Below are positions 47,835-57,514 of a stretch of 64,000 bases of DNA, piece after piece (position 1 is the first letter of the stretch; each line of letters begins with the position of its first letter). The notes below the pieces were generated by a model. The model saw nothing but the letters and a program-made list of their open reading frames with translations, made no database searches and had not been told where the DNA came from. Origin of the DNA: Alphaproteobacteria bacterium. GTDB lineage: Bacteria > Pseudomonadota > Alphaproteobacteria > UBA7887. The translations under genes and the position numbers were made by a program. The DNA lies in assembly GCA_965216755.1 (NCBI GenBank), contig CBDCGL010000011.1:4179482-4243481 (forward strand). Direction: 5' to 3'.

Positions 47835-48671
47835 TCAGCGGGCGCGCTTCAGGGCTGCCGTCGACAAGTCATTTTCCGAGATGCCGGTACGGAACTCATA
47901 GCCGTCATAGGCGAGTTCGGTGCGCTTGCCGGTTTGATGATTGATCATTTCCATTCGGTTTGGGCGCCAATACTGATCGAGATACTGCACGTAATCTTCG
48001 AAGGTCAGTGTTTTCAGCAGATCGTCCTTGCGGTCATAGAAATCGACTTTGATGATTCGATACTCTGCTTGATCGATCCAGGCGACCCGCCGGGTATACC
48101 CTGAATGTTCGTAAAGCGGATATTGTTCGACCACGAAGCAGTTGAAGTCGCCACAAGGTTCGTCGCGCAACCATTTATACGTGTATTTGCCAACCTCTTG
48201 AGATGACAGATCTTCATAGGCGAACTCGCTGCCGACAAACGGCCCAGATTTGTTGGCGGATGATATTCTTTTGACGCGCTTTAGGGCCGGCAAATAGAGC
48301 CATTGGTCGTCAGGGTCGGTTATATGGGTGAAGCTCAGGAAGGCCGTACCTTTGACATCCGCCGGACGATCAAACACGGTCAGGCTCTTGTCACCTTGGG
48401 CGCGGTCCGGCACTTCCAGAGTCTTGATGCGCAGTTCGCGGGTGCTGGTTTCCCCTTGACGGTTGTGCAAGACCATTCGCAGCGTCACTTCGGAATCGCC
48501 AAAACCGGCGTCGCGCAAGTCGGCTTCCTCCGCAATTGCCAGCCCTTTTTCCTCCGGCGTTTGTGCGCTGGCAATATGTGCCCCGCCCAACGCCAGGGCC
48601 ACGGCGCCAATGGCGACGCGCGCTTGCCTAAACAGGCGCTGTGACGGAATCGGGTTTTTCTTGAGGTACAT
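47835..48671 (-). CDS. Outer-membrane lipoprotein-sorting (LolA-like) family protein.
   Basis: It has a signal peptide and is the partner gene of the RND/MMPL transporter. It overlaps the RND gene end by 44 nt. Confidence 0.55.
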   Translation of the reverse strand: MYLKKNPIPSQRLFRQARVAIGAVALALGGAHIASAQTPEEKGLAIAEEADLRDAGFGDSEVTLRMVLHNRQGETSTRELRIKTLEVPDRAQGDKSLTVFDRPADVKGTAFLSFTHITDPDDQWLYLPALKRVKRISSANKSGPFVGSEFAYEDLSSQEVGKYTYKWLRDEPCGDFNCFVVEQYPLYEHSGYTRRVAWIDQAEYRIIKVDFYDRKDDLLKTLTFEDYVQYLDQYWRPNRMEMINHQTGKRTELAYDGYEFRTGISENDLSTAALKRAR

Positions 48672-50985
48672 GCTGTTCTCTCTCCATGGTGATCAAAACA
48701 GGCGGTAGGAAAAGGAAATCGGCCAACAGCGCGAAGCCGATGGTGATCGCGGTCAGCAAGCCCATCCAGGCGTTGAGCATGAAGGTGGATTGCGACAACA
48801 CCAAGAACCCGGCTATTAGCACGACCGACGTCACCCACAAGGCCGTCCCCACCGTGTGGAAGGCGTAGCGGACCGAGTCCGACGGGCTGGCGTCGCGTTC
48901 GCGACGTGCGCGCAAATACTTGCTCAAGAAGTGAATGGTGAAGTCGACAACAATGCCCAGGCTCATCGCCGTCACAATCGAAATGGCAACATTGGCTTCG
49001 CCGACGATCAAGCCCCACAAACCGAACGCCATCAACGCCGGCACTAGATTGGGGAATAGGCTGATCACGCCAAATTTGACCGATCGCAACGCCAGGATGA
49101 GCGACAGCGAAATAAGAATAAGCGCCGCGGTGGTCCCGAACAGCATGCTCTCGATGTTTCGTTTCGAGATGTAGGCGAACATGACGAAGGAGCCGGTTGC
49201 CGAACTGCGCATATGTTCGGGCGCATTGGCAGCCAGCCACGCATCCGCGCGCCCCGTTAACGCGCGCACTTCGCGCGTGCTGATGGCGTCCGTGGTGATC
49301 ACCAACCTAGCCGCCGACTTATCGACATTGACCTGGTTGTTCAAGTCCAGCCCATAGGGCAGGGACATCTCATAGAGCAATAAATATTGCGCGGCCAATT
49401 GACGATCATCGGGCAAGCGATACCAATCTTGATCGTCGCCATGCATGCTCTTGTTCAGACGCTTCATGATATCGGTCAAGCTGTTGACGTGCACGACACC
49501 CGGTTGCTCTCGATACCAATTGGCGAACGCCTCCAGCACCGCGAGATATTCCGGATCCGCGACGCCGCCGCTGTCTTTGGCCGCCAGCGAGTATTCCACC
49601 GCATAGATCCCCGACAGCTTCTCAGCTGCAAAATCGGTATCCGCGCGAAATTCGATGGCCGGATCGAAATACTGAACAAACCGGTCGTTGAGATCGATAC
49701 GCGGGATAAACGCCGCAAGGCCAATAATCAAAAGTCCGATGACGACGATTAACGGCGTCCGACGGGCGACGACAAATTCCGCTAAGCGATCCATGGCTGT
49801 CGTTTGCGCGCCTTTGCGCACCCGCACCCGCATTGGCATGATGTCCAGGAACACAGGCAGAAAGAAGACCGAATAAACGTAGGCCGCTACGACCCCCATT
49901 GCCGTGATATTGCCCAGATGCGCGAATGGTGGGGCGTCGCTGGCGTTCATGCTCAGAAAGCCGATCACGGTGGTCAAGCTTGTCAGGAACACCGGCTGCA
50001 TATTGAGGCGCAGCGATTCAACAATCGCATCGCGTTTGGTCGCGCCGCCACGCATTTCCGCCAGCATGGTCACCAAAATGTGCACACTGTCGGCAATCGC
50101 CAGCGTCATGATGATGATCGGCGCGCTGGCACTGGGCGCCGTGAGCGGGATGTTGAGCCACCCGGCCAGCCCCATCGCCGAGCCGGCGGAAAAGATGATG
50201 ATCAACACCGTGCCGAGCGTGCCGGCCGTCGAGCGGAACAACAGCGCGATCGCCAGCACGATAATGCCAAACATAATCGGGATCAGGGTTGCTGAATCGC
50301 GTTGGCTCGACTCCGGGAAGGCATTGTTGAGCATGACGATCCCGGTCAAGTAAATCCGGACTTCGGGATATTGTGCTTCAATCTTGGCGGCAAGCTCGCG
50401 GGCGAAATGGGCGGCCTTGGGCACCTCGGCGATTTCTTTGCCGGGCAATTGCAGGGTGACGTTGACCGCCGTCACGTCGGTTGTCTCGCGAATGAGGCGA
50501 TCGCGCAGCAAAGGTTCGGCCAATGCGATGTCGCGTGCAGCCGCGATTTCGTCCGGCGTCCGCGCCCCCGCGTTTTGAACAAGATCGGCGACCACCAAGT
50601 CGTCGCCGTCAGCGGCGGTGTGTTGGTAGTTGGTGAGCGAATCAACCCGGATCGAGTATGGGACTTGCCATGCCTCTTCGGTCAGCGTTTCCACTGCCGC
50701 CAAAGTTTGCGGCGTGAAGACGTCTTCGTCGCGCGGTGCAATCACGAAAAGAATGTTGTCATTCTTGGTGTAGCGTGCCTGCAAGGCCTCGAAGGCCTGC
50801 AATTGTGGGTTTTCGTCGCTGAAGAAAACCCGGTAATTGTTGACGAAAATCAGCCGCTGCGCGCCCATGAATGTGGCGACAACCATTACCAAAGTTAGCG
50901 CTAAGACGATCCATCGCCATCGCAAAATGGTTTGGGCGTAAGAAACGGTCAGTCGGTCGGCGCGCGATAGTTCGCTTTTAGCCAT
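48628..50985 (-). CDS. RND-superfamily exporter of the MMPL / HpnN-like family.
   Basis: Twelve TM helices and two large periplasmic loops make up 785 aa. The start at MAKSEL lies 2 nt after the tetR stop. Confidence 0.75.
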   Translation of the reverse strand: MAKSELSRADRLTVSYAQTILRWRWIVLALTLVMVVATFMGAQRLIFVNNYRVFFSDENPQLQAFEALQARYTKNDNILFVIAPRDEDVFTPQTLAAVETLTEEAWQVPYSIRVDSLTNYQHTAADGDDLVVADLVQNAGARTPDEIAAARDIALAEPLLRDRLIRETTDVTAVNVTLQLPGKEIAEVPKAAHFARELAAKIEAQYPEVRIYLTGIVMLNNAFPESSQRDSATLIPIMFGIIVLAIALLFRSTAGTLGTVLIIIFSAGSAMGLAGWLNIPLTAPSASAPIIIMTLAIADSVHILVTMLAEMRGGATKRDAIVESLRLNMQPVFLTSLTTVIGFLSMNASDAPPFAHLGNITAMGVVAAYVYSVFFLPVFLDIMPMRVRVRKGAQTTAMDRLAEFVVARRTPLIVVIGLLIIGLAAFIPRIDLNDRFVQYFDPAIEFRADTDFAAEKLSGIYAVEYSLAAKDSGGVADPEYLAVLEAFANWYREQPGVVHVNSLTDIMKRLNKSMHGDDQDWYRLPDDRQLAAQYLLLYEMSLPYGLDLNNQVNVDKSAARLVITTDAISTREVRALTGRADAWLAANAPEHMRSSATGSFVMFAYISKRNIESMLFGTTAALILISLSLILALRSVKFGVISLFPNLVPALMAFGLWGLIVGEANVAISIVTAMSLGIVVDFTIHFLSKYLRARRERDASPSDSVRYAFHTVGTALWVTSVVLIAGFLVLSQSTFMLNAWMGLLTAITIGFALLADFLFLPPVLITMEREQHVPQEKPDSVTAPV

Positions 50986-50987
50986 GG

Positions 50988-51593
50988 CTATCTCGCTTTC
51001 AAGCTTCCCAAATAGTGGATCAAACCGGCGACGCAAGCCTCGATAACGTCTGGCCGCCGTGACGCCTTGATGGCGCCGATGCTGCCCTCCACAGCGGCAA
51101 TGAAAAAGGTAGCGGTTTGTGTCGGATCGATGTCTGGGCGCACCTCTCCGGCGTTCTGGCCTTCCGCGATGGCTTCGGCTAGGCGTCTCTGCCAGATCGT
51201 GAATACATCACAAAGATGCGCCCGAAACTCGTCGTCAATCGGCGACATCTCTTGGGCCAAATTGTTCAACGGACAGCCGAGCGCCACGGTTTCCGGTGTT
51301 GCTTCTGCCGCAGCCGCCTTGACCCGTGCGATGAGGGAATCGATGACACCGCCACCGGTCGACGGCGCCTCCAGCCAGTCGGCGAGCACGCGGTCGGCGA
51401 TCACCTCGTCTATGACCGCCAATCCGAGATGTCGCTTGGTCGGAAAATGATGATAAAGGGCTCCCTTTGTCACCCCCGTCCGCGCCAAGATCTCGGTCAT
51501 GCTCGCGGCCTGAAATCCCTTTCGATGGATCTCGTGGAACGCCGCATCCAACAGGGCTTGTCGGGTGGCTTGTGGATTGTAGGCAGCGGGCAT
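50988..51593 (-). CDS. TetR/AcrR family transcriptional regulator.
   Basis: The HTH region reads ATRQALLDAAFHEIHRKGFQAASMTEILARTGVTKGALYHHF. The start at 51593 is chosen by alignment logic, and the ORF extends to 51680. Confidence 0.7.
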   Translation of the reverse strand: MPAAYNPQATRQALLDAAFHEIHRKGFQAASMTEILARTGVTKGALYHHFPTKRHLGLAVIDEVIADRVLADWLEAPSTGGGVIDSLIARVKAAAAEATPETVALGCPLNNLAQEMSPIDDEFRAHLCDVFTIWQRRLAEAIAEGQNAGEVRPDIDPTQTATFFIAAVEGSIGAIKASRRPDVIEACVAGLIHYLGSLKAR

Positions 51594-51744
51594 GGAACCA
51601 AAGCGTATACATTCATACCTGTCGGTATGATTCATCAGAACACGATGTCCGTCAATCGGATTACGAAATGGTGAAGTCAAACGCGCATGTCAGGCGGCCA
51701 AGAAAGCGCGTCTAGGGCCGGTTGGCCAACTTCAGCTGTGGGAC

Positions 51745-52031
51745 ACCGTGGTCAACCGCGCATCGCCCGTTCGGGCGATGGCTGACGACTGTGGGGGCGG
51801 TCAACGGATCATCGCCCGTTCGGGCGATGGTTGACGACTGTGAGGGCGGTCAACGGATCATCGCCCGTTCGGGCGATGGTTGACGACTGTGAGGGCGGTC
51901 AACGGATCATCGCCCGTTCGGGCGATGGTTGACGACTGTGAGGGCGGTCAACGGATCATCGCCCGTTCGGGCGATGGTTGACGACTGTGAGGGCGGTCAA
52001 CGGATCATCGCCCGTTCGGGCGATGGTTGAC
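51745..52031. repeat. Tandem array of about 5.8 copies of a 49-bp unit, each holding two inverted repeats.
   Basis: The unit GGTCAACGGATCATCGCCCGTTCGGGCGATGGTTGACGACTGTGAGGGC repeats with period 49, starting at 51799, 51848, 51897, 51946 and 51995, with a degenerate first copy near 51750. Each unit holds the palindrome ATCGCCCG-TT-CGGGCGAT and a GTTGAC/GTCAAC pair. No spacers separate the copies. Confidence 0.9.
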
Positions 52032-52032
52032 C

Positions 52033-53211
52033 TTAGTACCTTCGAACTGCCCCTTTGTTTTCCAATGAACCAATCACGGGGACGCCGAGCACAGCTTCGG
52101 CGACTTCCGGTCGCTCCACGCGGTGATTGAAATACTGCCGCAAAAAGGCGATCAGTAGCGATAGGACGAAGCCGCCGATCATGGCAATCTTTATGTAAAA
52201 GATGCGCGAGTGATTGGGCCGTGCAGGCGCCGAGGCATATTCGATGATCTGCACGTTGATGAGATTTTCGGGTACTGCCTCGCGGGCACGCTCTTGCTCG
52301 TAGCGGTCTCGATAGTCCAAAAAGATCGTCTCTTGAGCACTGATCCGGACGTTCAGATCGTTGATGGTTGATTGCCGTGACTCAAGCCCGCGCAAATCGC
52401 GGTTGCGCGCAGTCAGTTCGGTTTCCTGCGCGGTGATCGAATCAGTGATGGCCGTCACACGCGGATGGTCATTGGAATAAAGCGACAAAAGCTCCGATCG
52501 TTCGGTGTTGAGCGTTGCAATGCGATCACGAATGCGGCCCACTTCCCGAAGCAGTTCGGCCTTGGCTTCTTCGGGCGAGGTCACCGAATGTTCGGCCATA
52601 TAATCCGACAGCAACTGCCGCAGCCGATCCAATTCGATCGAGGCCTCCTCCAGCTTGGTCTCGAAATATTTGCTTGCGCCGCGCGAGTTCACCAACGAGC
52701 TGCGATAAGCGATATACGACTCCGTCACCGCATTGACGATTAGCATGGCCAAGTTCGGATCACGACTGCCATAAGAAATTGTCATGATGTTCGAATCGAC
52801 GATGGGTTTGATCTTGATATCGTCGGTGAGATTCTCAATCCAGGCTTCGCGCGGCGGCACGGCCGTACGCAAGCCCAAGCGTTCCATGAGTGACGGCTTC
52901 TCGGCGCCCAACGGGTTGCCGCTGTCACCGGCATTCTGTGGAATGAATTCATCGACAACGGCTTCGATCACCGGTCGCGACCGAACAATCTCGATCTCGG
53001 TGTTCATGGCTTCAGCCATTTCCGGAACGGTCGTCAGTGGCCCGGTGATAATCGGTGCTTTGGTCCGTTCAACCAAAACCGTGCCGCTGGCGATATAGGC
53101 GGGCGGCCTGAAATAGGTCAGTACGGTTACGATCGCGACCACAAACACCCACCAGCCGAGGATGCTGCTCTTATAGCGAAACAGAAACCATAGAATGTCG
53201 CGTTTGGTCAT
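52033..53211 (-). CDS. Polysaccharide chain-length determinant / co-polymerase (Wzz/GumC/EpsF-like), without a kinase domain.
   Basis: Two TM helices flank a long coiled-coil periplasmic domain in 392 aa. The motif near the C-terminal TM (GGFVLSLLIAFLRQY) is present. Confidence 0.7.
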   Translation of the reverse strand: MTKRDILWFLFRYKSSILGWWVFVVAIVTVLTYFRPPAYIASGTVLVERTKAPIITGPLTTVPEMAEAMNTEIEIVRSRPVIEAVVDEFIPQNAGDSGNPLGAEKPSLMERLGLRTAVPPREAWIENLTDDIKIKPIVDSNIMTISYGSRDPNLAMLIVNAVTESYIAYRSSLVNSRGASKYFETKLEEASIELDRLRQLLSDYMAEHSVTSPEEAKAELLREVGRIRDRIATLNTERSELLSLYSNDHPRVTAITDSITAQETELTARNRDLRGLESRQSTINDLNVRISAQETIFLDYRDRYEQERAREAVPENLINVQIIEYASAPARPNHSRIFYIKIAMIGGFVLSLLIAFLRQYFNHRVERPEVAEAVLGVPVIGSLENKGAVRRY

Positions 53212-53303
53212 CGTGTCAGCTCTGGCTGTTTGTGCTTGCCTAAATCGAATTTACGGCATCGCCAATTCCGTCGTCTCGCTCGGCGCGGCGTTCTATTTGG
53301 CCA

Positions 53304-54524
53304 TCAATAGAAAAAACTCGGAATTGGGAAATCTCTCTTGTTCAAAACCACACTGCTCAACGTCAGCGTGGCGTTGCTCAGCTCGTCGCGTAGCCGCTCG
53401 ATCGCTTGGACGGTCGTGCGTTGGGTATCGATCACCAAAATCACCTGTGTTGAAACACTGGCCCAACGATAAGGCGTGTCCGTGCTTAGGGCGCCTGCAT
53501 CCACAACAACAACGTCATAGCGATTGCGTAAGTTCTCAAATGTATCCGACCAACCGTTTTCATAAGGAAAGCGGCCGTCCGCGCCATTGGCCAACGCCAT
53601 CGCGTCGACGCCCCAATTGTCGATTTTAATGACGTTATCGTCATCGACGAGATTCGCCGGATCTTTGATCGGCGTCGGTCCACTACCCGGCAAACGCTGG
53701 GTCAGCCGATTGCCGTTTTCGGCCGCATCCACCAACAAGATTCGGTCGTCGCCGTTGCGTGCAAACGAGCGAGCCAGCCCACCGGCGACCGTTGACACGC
53801 CTTCGCCGGGCGTGCGGGATGTCAGCACGATCACAATCGCGCCACGCCGCTCGCTGTAATCATTTGCCGCAGCAATTATCCGTAGCCGAATTGAATCAAA
53901 AACTTTCTCGATCCGCTGAACGCGTCGGCTGACGCGACGCGGGCGCGACCGCTCCCGACGGCTGGGCGCAATCTTCTTGGTCCGCAGGTCAATTCCCGCT
54001 GCCGCTTCGGTGTCGCGGCTCCTTGTCGGTGTCGAAGGCACCTCGGCCACGAGTCCCTGACCGCTGCCGGGTTCGGTCGCGAACGGTTTGATCGTCGGAC
54101 GTTCTGCCACCAACGGCTTGGTCGCGCGGCCATTGGGTTTTTCATCGCCCGACGCCGCAGTCGTCTTCAACTCAGGGCGCTCGGCAATCAGTGGTGTCGG
54201 TGCATCGCTACGCTGTTTTTTTTCAGGTTTCGTTTGGGAACTATCGAATTGCGCGAGAATGCGGGCAACGCGCAGATCGCCGGCTTGGCGCGATTTGTTG
54301 CAATTGGCGTGGACGAGCGCGAAGTTGGCAGGTTCGTCCTTACCGCCCTCGCGAATTGGTTCAACATGCTCGATATGCAGCGACGCGTCGTCGTTATCGG
54401 TCGCCTCGGCAACATCGATCGGCTTGCCGCACAAATAACAGGTGCCGTTTTGGCGATTCGCTAGCCCTTGAACAAGGTCTTTGCGCTCAGATCCAGAAAG
54501 GCCTTTTAGGTACTGAGATCCCAT
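53304..54524 (-). CDS. Fusion protein with an N-terminal HNH endonuclease motif, a low-complexity linker, and a C-terminal BY-kinase/ParA-like P-loop domain whose Walker A is degenerate.
   Basis: The HNH motif reads CYLCGKPID...LHIEHVEPIREGG...NFALVHANCNKSR. The C-terminal IVLTSRTPGEGVSTVAGG is the BY-kinase Walker A with Lys replaced by Val. YDVVVVDAGAL is Walker-B-like. It is a single 406-aa ORF. Confidence 0.6.
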   Translation of the reverse strand: MGSQYLKGLSGSERKDLVQGLANRQNGTCYLCGKPIDVAEATDNDDASLHIEHVEPIREGGKDEPANFALVHANCNKSRQAGDLRVARILAQFDSSQTKPEKKQRSDAPTPLIAERPELKTTAASGDEKPNGRATKPLVAERPTIKPFATEPGSGQGLVAEVPSTPTRSRDTEAAAGIDLRTKKIAPSRRERSRPRRVSRRVQRIEKVFDSIRLRIIAAANDYSERRGAIVIVLTSRTPGEGVSTVAGGLARSFARNGDDRILLVDAAENGNRLTQRLPGSGPTPIKDPANLVDDDNVIKIDNWGVDAMALANGADGRFPYENGWSDTFENLRNRYDVVVVDAGALSTDTPYRWASVSTQVILVIDTQRTTVQAIERLRDELSNATLTLSSVVLNKRDFPIPSFFY

Positions 54525-54945
54525 CTGTCGCCCTTAGTCCACGCTCTTGCCGTCTTTTTTGAGCGTTTGTGTGTTCCACGCCGCAGCTTGTCGCCTCATG
54601 CCGCCATCGTTGCGGCGTGCACAAAGCGCCAGGCGCGGACGCCCCAATTCAATTTCGTCTCGGCGACAGCGATACCCCACCACCTTCGGCCGTAAGGGCT
54701 CGAAGACCGCTAACACCGGCATGTTTGCTTCTGCATATCAGAAGCTCAGCTTCGGTCGCCACGGCATAACTCTGGGCACTCCCAGTCTGTCATCCAATCG
54801 GCCCAACGATGACAAGCCGGCCCGTGCCTTCTTGCAACAGCATCCAGAGTATCGCCCAGGTTGGATGCTACCAGCAATTTGCTTGTTCTTATCGCACACC
54901 CTGCTACGCCGCACAATGAAACTAATCCGCAATAGTCCGACCAGA

Positions 54946-55977
54946 CTATGACGCCGACGGCGCGATTGGGCGGTCCAAAACCTGTGTTTGTGGGGGCCGT
55001 GATGATGTCGCCAGATGCCTTTCCCATTCCAGCGCCGTGCGCACGATATGTCCCAAATCATCATATTGTGGCTGCCAACCCAGCGTTTTCCTTATGCGGC
55101 TATTATCAGCGATAAGCGCTGGTGCATCGCCGGCGCGCCGCGCGTGTTCGTGCACCGGAAAATCGATCCCGGCTACCCGTTTCACTGCCGCAATTACCTC
55201 ACGCACGCTGGCACCATGGCCGTAGCCACAGTTTAAAACTGCCGAATCACCGCCCCGGTCCAAATATTCCAAAGCATCAACATGGGCCTGCGCCAAGTCG
55301 TCGACATGAATATAGTCGCGAATACAAGTGCCGTCGGGCGTATCATAATCGGTGCCAAAAATAGCCATGTTCGGTCGTTTTCCGACAGCCACCTCGCACG
55401 CCACTTTGATCAGATGGGTCGCGTCGGCGGTTGCTTGCCCAACTCGGCCCATGGCATCCGCGCCGGCCACGTTGAAATAGCGCAAACTGATGAAGCGCAG
55501 CGCGGTCGCCGCAGCCAGATCCATGATCATCCGTTCGCTCATCATTTTCGAGGCGCCATATGGGTTGATCGGCTGTAGCAGGGTATCTTCATCGATCAGT
55601 GAGGCCTCGGGTATGCCGTAGACGGCTGCGGTCGACGAGAACACGATCTTGCCGATCCCAAATCGGTCGCACAGGCGCAGCAGAGCCAAAGTATTGGCCG
55701 TATTGTTGTTGTAATATTTCAGTGGATCGCGAACCGATTCCGGCACGACGATATGGGCCGCCATGTGGCAGACGGCATCGAAACTCTGCGCGTCCAGCAG
55801 CTTCCCAAGGCGGGTCGCATCGGCAATGTCACCCTCCACCAGGGTGCCTTGGGTCACCGCCCAAGCGTGCCCGGTCGAAAGATTGTCATAAGTGACGACT
55901 TCATGCCCGGCCTCTGCCAGACGAATGAGAATGTGGCTGCCGATATAGCCCGCGCCGCCGGTCACCAAAATACGCAT
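54946..55977 (-). CDS. galE: UDP-glucose 4-epimerase.
   Basis: It carries the VTGGAGYIGSH Rossmann motif and the YGASK catalytic Y-x3-K within 343 aa. Confidence 0.85.
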   Translation of the reverse strand: MRILVTGGAGYIGSHILIRLAEAGHEVVTYDNLSTGHAWAVTQGTLVEGDIADATRLGKLLDAQSFDAVCHMAAHIVVPESVRDPLKYYNNNTANTLALLRLCDRFGIGKIVFSSTAAVYGIPEASLIDEDTLLQPINPYGASKMMSERMIMDLAAATALRFISLRYFNVAGADAMGRVGQATADATHLIKVACEVAVGKRPNMAIFGTDYDTPDGTCIRDYIHVDDLAQAHVDALEYLDRGGDSAVLNCGYGHGASVREVIAAVKRVAGIDFPVHEHARRAGDAPALIADNSRIRKTLGWQPQYDDLGHIVRTALEWERHLATSSRPPQTQVLDRPIAPSAS

Positions 55978-56016
55978 GTCGCTATTCTCCGAAGACTTCT
56001 TTCGGCCCTGTTTGAC

Positions 56017-57198
56017 TTAGCGCGTGCGCCAAGCGGCGATCAGATCGCGCGCAGCGTTTTCCATTCGAAACGCCAATTTCGATCGCTGTAAAGTGAGCGC
56101 CGATCGGTATTCCTGGTCGGTGGCCAACCGCCGTTTATGAAACGTGTCTCCGTGCAGAAAATCGACAACCGCTGCGCCCGTGTGTAAGCCATGCACAATA
56201 CCCAAATAGTCGCATAGCAAGCCGATGCTGACATCCTTGTGCGGGCTTCGCATAAGCCCCCACTGGTAACAGTAAATGCGACGGTCAAAGACGAAATTGT
56301 AAATGTAACCAATGGGTTTGGGCCCGGCACGTACACGCAAAAGCTGAATCTCACCTGCCGCGAAGCGCCGATTGACGAGATCAGCGTGGAATTGGCGAAA
56401 CCAGGGGGATTCGAGCGACGTCGAAAAGCCCCGATCTTGCCAATCCGCCAAATGAAGGTTCGCAAGTTCCGACAGATAGGTCTGCGCCTCGGGCAAGGTC
56501 GCGGCCGTGTCGATGCTGAGGGCGCCATTCTGTTCGACCATCTTCCGCGATTTGCGCAGATGACGGCGCGTCTTCTTGCCCAAAAGCGCCTCAAAATCGC
56601 CACCCGACGCGCGCACTTTGTCGAGGTCGACGATGTGGCTCGTCAGGTCGCGGGATACCAGGCCAGGCGCCTGCAACGCTGCGGCGTGTTGGACATAGTG
56701 GGGCGCCACGCCTGACAACTGGATCTCGTCCCATTCGCCTTGTTGTAGGCCTGCCACCAGCCGCGTAATGGCGGCCCGCTCAATCGTCAGAGCGCCGACG
56801 TCTTGGGTCAGAAAGCCGTTATGCTCGATGGTTAGACGGTCGTACGGCATCGTCCCCGTCTCATGAAGATGGAGGCGACGAGACGAGATCAAACTGCGGC
56901 GCCGCAGGCGTTTTTCAACAAGGATTCCCAGACCGACGGTCCGGTCCCGGTGATGCACACGCAAAACCAGCAGTCGCAACGCGGCCGGAATGTGTGCCAG
57001 CCAGCATTCGATCCAACTCCAGGACTGGAAAAAGCTGGGTTGGCCCTGGCATTGCAAGTTCTGCCAAGAATTGGCCAAGTCGCCAACATCCGTCAGCGGC
57101 ATCAGCTCAGCATGCAGCTCATCCAGCGCAATAGTGGCCGGCCTGCTATCCGCTTGGGTGGTATCTCTTAGAACTGTGTTCGTATTCGAAACCATCAT
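56017..57198 (-). CDS. FemAB-family / BioF2-like acyltransferase associated with exopolysaccharide loci (PEP-CTERM-system FemAB-related type).
   Basis: The 393-aa protein has the Acetyltransf_6-like two-lobed pattern. It lies between galE and wza. Confidence 0.5.
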   Translation of the reverse strand: MMVSNTNTVLRDTTQADSRPATIALDELHAELMPLTDVGDLANSWQNLQCQGQPSFFQSWSWIECWLAHIPAALRLLVLRVHHRDRTVGLGILVEKRLRRRSLISSRRLHLHETGTMPYDRLTIEHNGFLTQDVGALTIERAAITRLVAGLQQGEWDEIQLSGVAPHYVQHAAALQAPGLVSRDLTSHIVDLDKVRASGGDFEALLGKKTRRHLRKSRKMVEQNGALSIDTAATLPEAQTYLSELANLHLADWQDRGFSTSLESPWFRQFHADLVNRRFAAGEIQLLRVRAGPKPIGYIYNFVFDRRIYCYQWGLMRSPHKDVSIGLLCDYLGIVHGLHTGAAVVDFLHGDTFHKRRLATDQEYRSALTLQRSKLAFRMENAARDLIAAWRTR

Positions 57199-57451
57199 AT
57201 TAGATAATGGGGTCGCCGCTTGGCGCGGACGAGCCGCCGCGGTGCTTGGAATACCTGATGTTGTTAGTCCCCAACGGGGTCAGTGTCTGACGAGTGACGT
57301 AATATGGCAAGAGCCCTTGCCACGAACGCGCCCGTTATGGGCCATTTTGGGCGGCGTGGTGTGCTGAGCCAGGCCCCGACCGCAGTTTGCGACTTGGCCT
57401 TGGATGGCCGCGTGCGGTGTCAGTTAACTTTTTGAAATGATTGCGATTTGA

Positions 57452-57489
57452 CCGAAAAATAAGGTCCGGCACAGTTGCTGTGCCGGACC
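57452..57489 (-). terminator. Rho-independent terminator downstream of the Wza-like gene.
   Basis: On the minus strand, GGTCCGGCACAG pairs with CTGTGCCGGACC around the loop gcaa, and TTATTTTT follows. Confidence 0.7.
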
Positions 57490-57514
57490 CATATGATGAA
57501 GCCGTTTGTTCGGT

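Noticed and set aside
51745-52031. Possible CRISPR array.
   Set aside because: The repeats are directly tandem with no unique spacers between copies. The unit is 49 bp with internal palindromes, not the repeat-spacer architecture. No cas genes are nearby.
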